Shown: positions 40,199 through 55,106 of the stretch, piece after piece
Layout: every line of letters starts with the position of its first letter
How positions within the stretch are numbered: position 1 is the stretch's first letter
Assembly: GCA_951406725.2 (NCBI GenBank)
Contig: OX597835.1
Span: 6,200,001-6,264,000 of the forward strand
From: Octopus vulgaris
Lineage: Eukaryota
Length of the DNA: 64,000 nt
Direction: 5' to 3'
Program-made: the position numbers and the translations under genes
The notes under the pieces: generated by a model
What the model was told of the DNA's origin: nothing
Seen by the model: only the letters and a program-made list of their open reading frames with translations
The model's database searches: none

Positions 40199-40200
<2 letters not shown>
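40005..40200 (+). mobile_element. Family H1 unit with minimal type I hammerhead motif
   Basis: GTTT-CCGACGA-A-GAGC-TCC-GCTC-GAAAC-GTT-AAAC at 40075-40109 (U4C core variant). Confidence 0.78.
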
Positions 40201-40276
<76 letters not shown>

Positions 40277-40441
40277 GTGAAGGCGCATGGGTCAATGGTT
40301 AGAGCGTCGGGTTCACAATAGTGTAACAGCTGGTGGAATACACTTCGTTGAGTAATTATTACTTCTGAGGATCTGCTAGCTAGGAAATATGTAGTGTGGA
40401 TTTTACCTGCTCCACTCCCTCAATTTGAATGCATGTGTGTT

Positions 40442-40472
<31 letters not shown>

Positions 40473-40477
40473 TTTAC

Positions 40478-41170
40478 AGACATGACAAAAGTAAACTGAC
40501 ACCTTTATAAACATTAAAATTTATTTAAATCTGAAATTATGCATTCAGATTATTTATTAATTACCATAATGTGAATATCTAATATCTAGTAGACATGCTC
40601 TTGGCATGTTTCAATGATTAGGCATGCTACTGATCAGATGACGAATATTCTCTTGAGGAATTTCTTGCAAAGTTTCATACAGTAATCTCAAGCGCTCTAG
40701 CTTTGGCTGTATTTTCTTGTACATTTTACAAGATGTCCTGTCCATTATGCTCCAGAGTTTCAATAGGATTTATATTTGATGACTGGTTTGTCCATGGAAG
40801 CTTTTTAATGCCATTCTATTCCAACCAATCTTGGGTCCTTTTAGCCATGTGACAAGGAATCATTAAATAAAGAATCAGACTAGAAGGATTCATTAGCAGA
40901 ATCTTTCATAAAGAGAGTCTTCTTTAATCCTTTCAACACTAGAGAAGATTAGAATGAGTCCTTTCTGCAATATGTACACATTTTTACTGCGTTTATGTTT
41001 CCCTCACAATTCACCAGCTCTGATCGACCATTGCTCCAAATTGCTCCCCAGACCTACACAGAATAGCCACTTGTCTTTCAATATTGGCTTTCGTCTTTTC
41101 ACATCAAATTCTTGATCACAGAGTCTGTAGAACCACACTCTAACACAATCAGAAATACAGCAAATCTGGA
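40478..41170 (-). pseudogene. Tc1 transposase relic with terminal repeat end
   Basis: The minus strand gives GYSV*VWGAIWSNGRSELVNCEGNINAVK and PCHMAKRTQDWLE*NGIKKLPWTNQSSNINPIE, matching the Tc1 V.VWG and WP.QSPDLNPIE motifs. Terminus TA|CAG at about 40478. Confidence 0.8.
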
Positions 41171-41199
41171 CTCATATATATATAGCATGTGTGCATGGA

Positions 41200-41515
41200 C
41201 TCAACATCGCCAAATAGTTGGTCTCACGTTCAATCACACTGTGCAGCATCTTAGCCTTACAATCTTTTATCATAGCCCCGGATCAACCAAAACTTTACGA
41301 GAGGAGTTGTGGAAACGGACATTGTTACCAAAGAACCTGTCATATCCTACGGGATGTCACATTGGTTCTTCCTGAGAATTACGTCAGGGGCTGTAAGCGT
41401 CTGCGGAATATTCACCCACATTCAACTCCTAGCATGCTATTTCACTGAACACCAAGTTCAGTTGAGCCGCTGAATGTTGAACTACAGAATTCTCGTCGTC
41501 ATAACCGACGGGAAA
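41200..41515 (+). mobile_element. Decayed SINE (family C-like tail)
   Basis: Ends CTCGTCGTCATAACCGACGGG and contains CCTGAGAATTACGTCAGGGG, as in family C. Confidence 0.5.
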
Positions 41516-41604
41516 CTCACTTGTTTTGTAAGATGTACATACACGTACGAACATATGTGTATATACAGTCAGACACGTACGTACATGTACGCACACATAT
41601 ATTC

Positions 41605-41699
<95 letters not shown>

Positions 41700-42301
41700 T
41701 GTTTGTATGTATGTGTGTAGAGTGGTGAGTGTTTGTATGTATAGTGGGGGCTGCGGAAAAAGAGGGACGGATAACAGAATCTTGAATGAAAGCAAAATGC
41801 CGGACAGAAGAATAAGAAGCAGACAAGTTAGATAGACAGATAGAAAGATAGACAGATAGAGTGGTAGAGAAAGAGTGAGAGAGAGAGAAGAAGTAAGTGG
41901 AATATTGAATTGAGTGTTGACAAACCGAAGTTAAAGTGGAGTGTATATAAATGACAAATTAGGTTCCATTGAAGATTAGTTAGAACTGATAGTTCACAAC
42001 GTTTCGTTTCTTTGTTATCGTCTGCCAAAGGTCACTGGAAGGAATCGCACAATTGCCTCAATTCCTTTCTTTCATTCATTCATCCACTTATTCATTCTTT
42101 CATTCTTTCTTTCGTTCTTCTTTCTTTCTGTCGTTCTTCTTCTTTCTTCCTTCCTTTCTTTCTTTCTTTCTTTCTTTCTTTTCAAAAATTATTTTTTGCG
42201 TTTCTTTTATATTTAATAAAAGTGTCGTCGTTTTTAATTTTTTTTTTCCTTCCACAAAATTTCTTACATTTTCTTTTTCTAAACACATACACACACTCAC
42301 C

Positions 42302-42365
<64 letters not shown>

Positions 42366-42562
42366 ATATATGTATATATATGCAATAAATATATACAGTA
42401 TATAAATATAAACATGCATATACAAATATATGTGTGTATGTGTGTAAGTGTATGCATATACATATGTGTGTATATATATATATGTATGTATGTATATATA
42501 TATATATATATATATGTAGGTAGAGATATATATAAACATATATCTATATACATATGTGTATG

Positions 42563-42618
<56 letters not shown>

Positions 42619-44217
42619 AATACAAATACATATATATATACAGATACCTACGTATGTGTACATATATATTTATATCTACTTATATACACATGCACACACA
42701 TACAGATATATGCACGCACATATATTATATATACATATGTGTGTCTTTACAAGTCCTTTGTTGACCTTAGCGAAAATAATAATGGGAAAATTTCTCATAT
42801 ATATATATGTGTGTGTTTGTGTGTGTATGTAAGTATGTATGTATATATATGCATATATTTGAAGTAAAATAAAATGATTTACTTAAGGATGTGCGCACGC
42901 ATATACACTTACATTCAACACAACATTGTCTCTTTCACGCACACACGCACTATCTCTCTCCCCCCCTCTCACTCTCTCTCTTCCTCTCTCACACACACTC
43001 ACACACACACACACAGAGGCGTTCAAGAATGAGTCTTTTAAGAATAAGATTTAAACAAACAAGCGACACAGATGAAGGATGTGTAAAGGAATGGGCGATT
43101 CGGGGAGAGAGAACAAAGATGGGGGTGAATGTTTACAACAACACTAAGAAACGTAGGTCAAGCGGGGAGCCACCACATGGTTGTTTGACACGCCAAAAAT
43201 AGCAGTTAGATCTTTCTCAAATTACTCCCTACTCTCTCGGGAAAGGAAGAAAGTCTACGTTGGACATATAAAACCGTAGCGTTCTTCTAAAATAAGAGGA
43301 GACAGTCACTTCTGGAACCCCTTTGTATATGCCAATATTTGATCCACAACAAACTCTGCCTGAAATCTTACGAATATGCGAAGGACATCTATAATGTAGC
43401 CTTAGTTTATGATACTGTGAATCTGAAAACAAAACAGGATGGTCATGCATGGAATGTCTTCAATGATAGATCTTGTAGATTAAGGACGACTTAAAGTGAA
43501 ATAGCAATAACAAAGATAGACAAGCATTCTATCAGTAAGTCATCAAGGAAGCTAGAAATATCAGTAAATTCCCTCAAATCACATTTTTACCAATCTTGGA
43601 CATTGTAATTCTACGTATAGAAATTGGATAGCCACGTCAATACTGCTGACCTGGGGTTAAACAAGAACCGTAAGGGAATCTCTACATTATCACTCGACCT
43701 GCAAATTATCGCCAACATCTTCAAACACCCTTTTAAAAAGAAAGACTTTGGAAAATGTGATAACTGGAAAAATACGAGATCCAGTGAAGTTTGATTAATC
43801 TGATATTCAATAGTCCGGCAAACTTGGTTGTCCGGTGCTATTTTCTGCCCTCCTGTAATTTTTTCTTCTAAGCACTATCACCCCTCCCCCCACTCACGTC
43901 ATCAATATACATCAATATCCATTCTTAGACATCACAAAGATTAGAAATTCAACAAAAATTTTTTAAAACCTAGGTCAAATGAAACAGAATCATGTAAAAA
44001 TGGCATGATATAAAATTAACGAAACTCGACTAAATCAAAAAAGCTCAGCATAAAATATTCTCTATAGCTTCTTCACAATCTGCTCGAGTTACTCTCTGCA
44101 GAATTCTGGTTTAAAAACCCCATACAAACCGTCATAACTTCTTTTTTATTTTTTGAAAATTTCAAAAAAAATATGTGAATTTGTGTTCTACAAACGGGAA
44201 TTGATACGGGAATTGTG

Positions 44218-44565
44218 CCATATCACAGTGCTAGGATAGTTAAGGAAGTACTTGAAATTGGAAACGTTACAGTGGCGCAGTGGCCAGCTCAGATCCCTGA
44301 CCTTAATCCCATTGAAAACTTACGGAAGATACTTGATGATAGGGCCAGAGAGCGCTGACCGGCGAATGTTACGATTTTGTGGGAATAAAATTGCGTCAGA
44401 ACAAGGCGAGAAATTGGTCAAATCCTGTGGATGGTGATGAGCTGAGGTCATTAAAATTAAAGGAATGTACACATCTTATTAATATATTAAGGTGGATTGC
44501 AAACATTGGCAAAATTTTGATTTCTTGAATTTTATGTCATGCATTCTCTAATTTGGTCCATCTTG
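44218..44565 (+). pseudogene. Tc1 transposase C-terminal relic
   Basis: PYHSARIVKEVLEIGNVTVAQWPAQIPDLNPIENLRKILDDRARER*...KLVKSC...AEVIKIKGMYTSY*. Confidence 0.85.
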
Positions 44566-44576
44566 TATTTTTCGAA

Positions 44577-44802
44577 TACTCTCTCTTTTACTCTTTTACT
44601 TGTTTCAGTCATTTGGCTGTGGCCATGCTGGAGCACCGCCTTTAGTCGAGCAAATCGACCCCAGGACTTATTTTTTGTAAGCCTAGTACTTATTCTATCG
44701 GTCTCTTTTGCCAAACCGCTAAGTTACGGGGACGTAAACACACCAGTATCGGTTTTCAAGCGATGTTGGAGGGAAAACCACAGACGCACAAACACACACA
44801 CA

Positions 44803-44842
<40 letters not shown>

Positions 44843-44845
44843 TAT

Positions 44846-44914
<69 letters not shown>

Positions 44915-45087
44915 CATATATACGACGGGCTTCTTTTCAGTTTTCGTCTACCAAATTCACTCACAAGGTTTTAGTTGGCCCGAGGCTATAGTAGAAGACA
45001 CTTGCCCAAGGTGCCATGCAGCGGGAATGAACCCGAAACCATGTGGTTTGTAAGCATGCTACTTAACACACAGCCACTCCTACGCCT
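44577..45087 (-). mobile_element. SINE family A, full length
   Basis: Reverse complement of 45182-45595, with an expanded internal microsatellite. Confidence 0.9.
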
Positions 45088-45181
45088 AATAATCTTTTTT
45101 ATCATAACCTATTTTATTGTTAATCACTTACCGCAAAATTTATTGTAAATAATGAACATACTTTTTAAAGTATAATCAGTA

Positions 45182-45595
45182 GGCGCAGGAGTGGCTGTGT
45201 GGTGAGTAGCTTGCTTACCAACCACATGGTTCCGGGTTCAGTCCCACTGCGAGGCACCTTGGGCAAGTGTCTTCTACTAAAGCCTCGGGCCGACCAAAGC
45301 CTTGTGAGTGGATTTGGTAGACGGAAACTGAAAGAAGCCTGTCGCATATATGTATATATGTATGTATGTGTGTGTGTGTGTTTGTGTGTCTGTGTTTGTC
45401 CCCCTAGCATTGCTTGACAACCGATGCTGGTGTGTTTATGTCCCCGTTACTTAGCGGTTCGGCAAAAGAGACCGATAGAATAAGTACTGGGCTTACAAAA
45501 GAATAAGTCCCGGGGTGGAGTTGCTCGATTAAAGGCGGTGCTCCAGCATGGCCGCAGTCAAATGACTGAAACAAGTAAAAGAGTAAAAGAGTAAA
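45182..45595 (+). mobile_element. SINE family A, full length
   Basis: tRNA-like head, CACCTTGGGCAAGTGTCTT CORE-like block, internal (TA/TG)n, and tail GGCGGTGCTCCAGCATGGCCGCAGTCAAATGACTGAAACAAGT(AAAAGAGT)n. Confidence 0.92.
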
Positions 45596-45798
45596 AATCT
45601 CGTTCAGAAAAATGAAGTAGAAATGTAAACATCGGTGTTCTCTAATTTTGGCCTCTACTGTACGCATGTGTATAAATTGAGAGAGACATGCATATAAGCA
45701 TATACATATATATGCATTTGTATGTACACGAGCACACAATATGCTTATAATCATACGCAAATACACATATACACAAAATGTGTATACATATATGCACA

Positions 45799-45850
<52 letters not shown>

Positions 45851-45851
45851 C

Positions 45852-45942
<91 letters not shown>

Positions 45943-46799
45943 TATACATATATACACACATGTATTATATAAACGTGCCTTGTATGAGTCGTTTTCATAA
46001 ACTCTGTGTGTGTGTATGTGTATGTGTGTGTGCGTGTGTGTGTGTGTGTGTGTATGTGTGTCTGTGCGTGTGCGCGTGTGTGTGTGTGTGTGCGTGTGTG
46101 TCTGTGTCTCTGTGTGTGTCTCTGTGTGTGTGTGTGTCTGTGTGTGTGTGCGTGTGTGTGTTTGTGAGTCACGTCTCTTTTGCTCTTTTTTCTTTCTTAT
46201 CAATGTTTAGCTAAAGAAAAATCCTGATTCTTGCTTTTATAACTTCACACAAACTGACAGCTCGGCTTTAGGGGCTTGTTGCGTCTTTTTTTTCCCGTCA
46301 TATATTTTTCGTCAGCATCAAGTAACAGATTCTTTTCTCTGTTGCTTCATATCCTCATTAATATCTGTTGTTTCTCATCGTGAGGTATCTAGCGGGAACA
46401 ACAGAGAAACGCGATAGAAAAACATTATTCCATACTTTATAACTCATTCATTTTTTTTTTTATCGCTTAATCAGAATGAGGACAATTTGTAAAGTTTCCA
46501 TGACATGTTGAGTAAAAAGAAGGAAGAAAAGAAAATCATAACGCATGGGTTGGTGCAGTCGGACACACACACACACACACACACACACAAGGAGATAACG
46601 AAGATGTAAAGTGTAAAGGGGGAAGCAGATAAGGTTTATCCGTGGAAAGAAAAACCTACGGAAAAGACCACGGTAACCTCGGTCAATAATGTCACATGTT
46701 AACACATTTATTAGCAAGTAAGTAACTCTCTGTTTAAATTTTTCCGGGTTCGTAGAATTATGCTCAAGGTGGCTTCGTCATTCATACGAGCCATCCTTG

Positions 46800-47010
<211 letters not shown>

Positions 47011-48466
47011 TAATGTATGTATTCTCGTTTAGATATACAGATTCGAAACTACTGGCTATATTATCGAAAAACAGTCAGTGATTCACTCCATCGTGACATA
47101 CACTCGAGATATATGACTTATGATATATCACAGGATATTGCAAATGAAAATGGTAGAATGCATTTTATATAGGTAGGGAATTTGTGATGTTACAGTAAAT
47201 TTACAGATTCCGTTTACATGGAGCTGTTGTAAATCAGTTTCTGTCAACAGGGATTACTTCTCGAAGATTGCTAAAACGACTTTCAATCATTGTATCCAGT
47301 GGCGAGAAATTTTTCACCGGAGACAAGTGGACAATGATTTCCAGATAAAGGATGACGTGGGTGGCTTTAAGGTCCGTAATTTTTAGCAAGGCAAAAAGCT
47401 GCATTTTTGTGACATGTTAAACTACGGAATTGTTCGTTCAATGATATTCTGCATTATTGGATGGCAAACAAATTATGCTTTCTGTCTTCCAGATGTATTG
47501 TGACAAAGATTTTAATTTTCCGTTCTTTTATCTGAATGAATAAATGAAGACATTGAGGGAAGCGTTTTTTGAAAGTGTTCGCAGCTATATCGGATTAATT
47601 CCTTTCATTACCGTCCAGGAATGTTATGTTTTCACGGTATGCGAACCTACTTGCTCAGATCCTCTGAGCGAGCAAATATATGGTTCTGCAGGATTACCAG
47701 TCAACTGATGAGGTAGTGGTTGAGTGAGAGTGTGTTTACAGTTACAATACTTGATTTGAAAGACTGTGTTGTCCTGGCGAGTGTTAGTGATCTTAGTGGT
47801 GGGGGTGTTGAAAAACTTGTGATAAATGAGCGCGTATTTGGAAATATTGTTTTATTAGTTCTTGGTAACTTCTAGGTTGCAAGTGGGATTTAAATTTGAT
47901 TATATTTCTCTTCTCTTTTCAGCGCCTCAGCAGGGAAGAAAAGAAATAATAAGGTAAAGTTGATCTTGACAGAATTTGAACTCAAAACGTAAAGAATCGG
48001 AACAAATAAGGTGAGGCATTTTGTCTAACGTTATCACGAGTGTACCTGAGTTTCTATCATGGGTAAAAGGACCGAAATTTTATGGAAGTGCAATTCAGTA
48101 AAGTAACACCCGTATATGACTGTTATTGATCCAAAAGGATGAACGATAAAAGAAAAAATGTGTATAGGGTATTTGAATTCAGAATCTACCAAAGTTGACT
48201 TGCTTTTCTCAATTCAGACTCGATAAAATACATAACTTTTCATGTACTACTCAGATCGATTGAATCGATTTGACTCATCTCACAAATACTTCCTGATTAC
48301 TTACTTTTTTTTTCAGTTTGAAAGGACGACGACATATCTGTAACAAAGAATTGAAGAAACGAATCGAATATGAACTATTTCAAAATTAACAAAGAAAAAC
48401 AGGATATGGAATATATAGTATGTTAGTACTCAAATAACAGATACCATAATAATAATAATAATAATG

Positions 48467-48579
<113 letters not shown>

Positions 48580-49127
48580 TGGTAGACAGGGGGTGATATA
48601 AAGAGCGATACAGACAAATATATAAGCAACAAGATCATAGGACAAACTTGTATACCCAATGTACAATACAAGTACTAAGTAATAACGTATATATATATAT
48701 ATATATTTACATGTGCATGCACACGAACAGATTTCTGTATGTGTTTGTCTATATATGTACATACATACATACATACATACATACATACATACATACATAC
48801 ATACATACATCTATGTATGTAAAATGTGACGTACCATCAATGCATGACAATACAGAAAAATAGCATGAAGGTATTTGTGTGTGTGTGTGTGCGTGTGTGT
48901 GTGTGTGCATGTGTGTGTGTATGCACATGTGTGTGTGTTTGTGTGTACGTACGTACCTATATACATATATACACACACAATCTAGGGTGAACATAATTAT
49001 TACGCACTGTTTGGAAAACTAGTATGACAGATACTTACACATACCTAAGCACACACATACACATACATACATGAAATTACATTCATATATATATATATAT
49101 GAATGTATATGCATGTGTATCTATGTA

Positions 49128-49192
<65 letters not shown>

Positions 49193-49272
49193 ATACATAT
49201 ACACATATACATGCATATATGTACACATACGCAAACGCATACACATATACGTACACACACACACACATACTT

Positions 49273-49322
<50 letters not shown>

Positions 49323-49449
49323 GCACACATACATGCGTACACACAGACACGCAGAGTAAAATAGAGAGAATCATAACAAGCACTGTTTATGCCCGAGGCA
49401 AAAGGAACTACATCTCTTTACAAAGTAAAAAGCACTCAACAGAAAGAAG

Positions 49450-49590
49450 ACTACTACTACTACCGCTACTACTACTACTACCACTGCTACTACTGCTGCT
49501 GCTACTTCTGCTCCTTCCACGGCTATAACGATGATGACGACGTCGAAACGTCTACGATAATGGTGAAGGTGGTAATGATGAGGAAGATGT

Positions 49591-49643
<53 letters not shown>

Positions 49644-49666
49644 ATGCTGATGATGATGATGGTGAC

Positions 49667-49736
<70 letters not shown>

Positions 49737-49759
49737 ATGCTGATGATGATGATGGTGAC

Positions 49760-49817
<58 letters not shown>

Positions 49818-49827
49818 CTGATAATGC

Positions 49828-49858
<31 letters not shown>

Positions 49859-50177
49859 GACGATGGGAGTGACGTTGCTGGTGATGGTGATGGCGATGGT
49901 GATGTTGATAGAGGCGATGATTATGGTGGTAGTGGTAGTGGTGGTGATGGTGGTGGTGATGGTGGTGGTGGTAGTGGTGGTGGTGGTGGTGGTGTGTGGT
50001 GGTGGTGGTGGTGGTGGTGGTGATGGTGGTGGTGATGGTGGTGGTGGTAGTGGTAGTGGTGGTGGTGGTGGTGGTGGTGGTGGTGGTGGTGGTGGTGGTG
50101 GTGGTGGTGGCGGTGGCGTTGGTTGTGGTGTTGGCGATAAAGGAAAACGACGATGATGACGATGTTGATGACGACGA

Positions 50178-50211
<34 letters not shown>

Positions 50212-50305
50212 AATGTCATCGACGATGAGGACGCTTTTTGAGGGGATTTCAATCCGAATTTGGACCAAGAAAACTCCCACCATGCTAAACATTGCAGTAA
50301 TAATT

Positions 50306-50373
<68 letters not shown>

Positions 50374-50401
50374 CGCAGCAGCAGCAGCAGTAACAGTAGT
50401 G

Positions 50402-50450
<49 letters not shown>
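49450..50450. repeat. ~1-kb compound trinucleotide tract (CTA/GAT/GGT/GAC/GTA)
   Basis: Directly visible; source of the 367-aa poly-L/S/T/H ORF. Confidence 0.95.
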
Positions 50451-50451
<1 letters not shown>

Positions 50452-50761
50452 TTACGGCTAATTACAAATGTCAATCATTCTAATTACATTGCTAGACCTA
50501 TCAACATTATTACAGATTATTATCAACATTCTCGAGTAAATTGTAAAAAACGTTTTGTTTCGAGCGAACCGTTGTTTGTTGGTTTGTTTTGTCTTTGTTT
50601 AATTGTTTTTCTACTTGTTTTTTTTTGTTTTTCTTGTTTTGTTTTGTTTTTTTGTTTGTTTTTTCGTCGATTTTATTTTCTCTTTACTATTACAACGATG
50701 GATTCTGCTGCCAAGGTCGACTTTGCCTTTCATCCTTTTGGAGTCGATAAAATAAATACCC

Positions 50762-51167
50762 ATTTCTTTACTACCCACAAGGAGCTAACACAGAAGGGAT
50801 AAACAAGGACAGACAAACGGATTAAGTCGATTACATCGACCCCAGTGCGTAACTGGTACTTAATTTATCGACCTCGAAAGGATGAAAGGCAAAGTCGACC
50901 TCGGCGGAATTTGAACTCAGAACGTAACGACAGACGAAATACCTATTTCTTTATTACCCACAAGGGGCTAAACACAGAGGGGACAAACAAGGACAGACAG
51001 AGGTATTAAGTCGATTACATCGACCCCAGTGCGTAACTGGTACTTAATTTATCGACCCCGAAAGGATGAAAGGCAAAGTCGACCTCGGCGGAATTTGAAC
51101 TCAGTACGTAACGACAGACGAAATACCGCTAAGCATTTCGCCCGACATGCTAACGTTTCTGCCAGCT
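50762..51167 (-). mobile_element. SINE family B dimer nested antisense in an older related SINE, 13-bp TSD
   Basis: Junction GAAATACCTATTTC at 50936-50949. GATAAAATAAATA at 50746-50758 and 51177-51189. Confidence 0.88.
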
Positions 51168-51595
51168 GACTACCCTGATAAAATAAATAGCAGTTAAGTA
51201 CTGGCGTCGATGTAATCGACTTAGTCTCCTACTCCAGAATTGCTGGCCTTGTGCCAAAATTTGAAACCAGTGTTATACCGATGGATCAAGGCAGCAAGCT
51301 AGTAGAATTGTTCGCATAGCGGACTAAATGCTTAGCGCCATTTCGTCCGTCTTTACTTTCTGAGTTCCATATACCGACCGGGGTCGACTTTGCCATTCAT
51401 CCTTTCGGGATCGATATTTGAAACCGTTATTATATCGATGGATCAGGAAGAAGAAAAAAAATAAAGAAAAAAAGAACCTCCCAGTTTCGACTAATTCAGT
51501 TTTGAGAAAATATCATTTCATATCACAGTGCTGGGTAGGTTCTTTTGCTAAATTGCAATTCACATCGGTGTGATATGATTATTCCCTCGTGTGTG

Positions 51596-51633
<38 letters not shown>

Positions 51634-51717
51634 ATATATATACCTACATGAATCAATACAGATACATATTTATACGTACATAAATATATAAGCAAATATA
51701 CACCTATATAAATATGC

Positions 51718-52058
<341 letters not shown>

Positions 52059-52860
52059 GCCATTCCAAATATTCTCCACCTGAGATTCTTATGTATAAAA
52101 GACGCACACCCCAACTCAAACACCAGGAACTCTCTTAACTCGAAAAGTATTTTCTCATTGTTAACGACCGACTTGAACTCTCTCAATAATATCTTCAATA
52201 AAACTCGAAGAAAAGCATATATATGTAATCCACCAAGAGGTTTCTACAGATGACCATCTCATCCAGCGTTAACACTCCATAAGACATCAGGTAATGAATT
52301 TGAAGTCCTTCAAATCATTGTATTTGGAATGTCATGTGGGGAATCCATTAATAAACTGAATTTTTTGCTTCTTTTTTCTTATGGCGGTGAGTGTATTTTT
52401 TCTTAAAAACAACAAATATTTCAACAGGCGGTTGTTGAGGTTGGCTCTTCGTAAAAATAAAGATAATTCTTAGAATGTTAAGGTTTGCAAAAAAAAAAAA
52501 CAACTTGTAAACAAAGCGATGACAGCAATGTTTAAGTGTGCATGTTTTTTTAAATAATGAAATCCTGAAAAAACGCTAATCCGTAAAAAAAAAAAAACTA
52601 ATATTGCGTATTTCTATAGAAAATAATTCCTAAAACCATCACTTATGTAGTTTTAGTTTGAACGGAATTTTTAACAACATTCTTTATATATGCGTGAGCG
52701 TGTATATGTATGAGTGTGTGTGCATGTGTGTATGTACATGTGTTTGTGTATACAAAGATATATATAAATATACACATATATGGGCTTTGTGTACATGCTA
52801 AAAAACCAATTACATAAAAACTCCATAAAGTTTACTCCGTTTAAACACTTAGATTACATA

Positions 52861-53383
52861 CCATAAATCCTCGAGTATAGTTCGCCCTTGAGCATAATAC
52901 GCAGGGGATTTTTAGGGGGCTATACTTCTGAAAAGCCTAAACCTTATGTATAATACACACCCCTTCTCTAACTTGAGTCGTACGGAATTAAGCCAGCAGC
53001 ACCTAGCCGAACAAACACTTCCGCGCATGCGTAATACAATAATGGTGATGTTCTTAACTGTTATATGGGAATGTAAATATGTTTGCAAATTGTTTTTGTT
53101 ACATGTTATTCTGTGTTTTGAATACTTTTATTTTATTAAATGTTGCTTACTGCAAGTTATGGATGATTCTTTTATGACTTCATTGCTTTCAGGCTTAGCT
53201 TAAGGGATTTTCGCGCCCGACATCACAAAATGCGTCCGAATAAACATTGCCGGACAGCAAATAGAGACTCGGACATTGCTTAGAAAATATTTTTCATTTT
53301 CAACCTCGAATATAATACGCACTAGGGATTTTGACCTTTAAATTTTATGGGGAAAAATGCGGATTATACTCGAGAATTTACGG
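52861..53383. mobile_element. Tc1/mariner superfamily (Tc2/pogo-like) non-autonomous DNA transposon
   Basis: TA|CCATAAATCCTCGAGTATAGTTCGC ... GCGGATTATACTCGAGAATTTACGG|TA: TIRs of about 25 bp, TA TSD and repeated TATAATACGCA subterminal motifs. Confidence 0.85.
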
Positions 53384-53646
53384 TATCTATATAAGCTGTT
53401 TCATATACTGAGAAACAGGCAATAATCAGATGAATGGAGCAAAATGCATTTGAAAAAAGACACTCAAAAATAAAATCGGTACTATTTCAGCATATTCATT
53501 CCTACAACTATTTCACGAATCCTTACATCATATCACAATATTTTTCAAAACGTTTCTCTTGCTATAAATTATTGTATAATTCGTTTCGTAACTATGTTTG
53601 TGATGTAAGAATCATTGAAATAGCGGTAGGAAAGACTATATGATTA

Positions 53647-53938
53647 TATTCTTTTATTCTTATACTTGTTTCAGTCATTTGACTGCCACCATACTAGAAC
53701 CTGCCTTCAAGGGTTTTTTCGTCGAACAAATCAAACCCAGGACTTTTTTTTAAGCTTAATGCTTATTCTATTGGTCTCTTTTGCAGAACCGCTAAGTTAC
53801 GGGGATGTAAACACACCAAAACCGGTTATCAAGCGGTGGTGAAGGACAAACACAGACACACAGATATATATATATATATATATATATACGACAAACTTCT
53901 TTAAGTTTCTGTCTACCAAATCCACTCACAAGGCTTTG
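53647..53938 (-). mobile_element. SINE family A, 5'-truncated
   Basis: Reverse complement of the family A body and tail. Confidence 0.8.
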
Positions 53939-53947
53939 AACCCCGAA

Positions 53948-53998
<51 letters not shown>

Positions 53999-54513
53999 CG
54001 TGTGTGTATACGTACACACATACTTATATTCATTTTTTTCTTATAACATTGTTTCTGTACACATACACACATAAGTGCATGCATGTATACACACACACAC
54101 ACATACATACATACATACATACATACATACATACATACATACATACATACATACATACATACATACATACATACATCCATACATGTATAAACAAACTATG
54201 CGCAATGAATTATCATAATTCTACTTTCCCATAACTTATTAAACGTATAATGTGTGCTATCTTTCAGCTCCGGCAGCGTTGACATGTAAATTCATCGTAG
54301 TTGCCTGTAGACACAAACTGCAGTAATAAACAACAATAAATACATGAGAAAACAACAGGTATTACGTAATCACGTTCATTGGCTTGCATCTGTTTCATCT
54401 ACCAGAAACTGCAGAAAGTACAGAAACTACTGCAAACCAATAAATGTGATTGCGTAACAACTATTCTTTTTTCATTTATTTACTAATTCATATATACATA
54501 TATATATATATAT

Positions 54514-54612
<99 letters not shown>

Positions 54613-54629
54613 TATACATGTGTGTGTGC

Positions 54630-54795
54630 TCTCTCTCCTTGTTTCTATCCTTGTTTTTTTTCTGTGTCCCTTTCCGTAGAAGGGTGTAGGCTCGAAACGT
54701 AAAATACTTTTTCTATTCCTGAACGTTATACTAATACATCTGTTTGTTTTGTACACCACCTGTCTTCGTCTTTTGTTTTTTTCGTAAACTCTCCC

Positions 54796-54797
<2 letters not shown>
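54630..54797 (+). mobile_element. Family H2 copy 2 with degenerate hammerhead motif (54670-54705)
   Basis: CTTT-CCGTAGA-A-GGGT-GTAG-GCTC-GAAAC-GTA-AAAT. Homologous to 31817-31975 and abuts (TA)n. Confidence 0.75.
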
Positions 54798-54874
<77 letters not shown>

Positions 54875-54876
54875 AT

Positions 54877-55051
54877 GTAGGAGCGGCTGTGTGGTAAGTT
54901 GCTTGCTTACCAACCACATGGTTCCGGGTTCAGTCCCACTGCGTGGCACCTTGGACAAGTGTCTTCTACTATAGCCTCGAGCCGACCAAAGCCTTGTGAG
55001 TGGCGGAAACTGAAAGAATCCCGTCGTATATATATGTATATATATATGTGT

Positions 55052-55106
<55 letters not shown>

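Noticed and set aside
47695-47770. CTGATGAG...GAAA with flanking CAGTC/GACTG
   Set aside because: No convincing helix I or II and no properly placed cleavage triplet; likely chance.
49371-50474. 367-aa ORF and similar long ORFs (8078-8968, 24047-24726, 33787-34452, 56084-56872)
   Set aside because: Pure translations of microsatellites that lack stop codons; no domain content.
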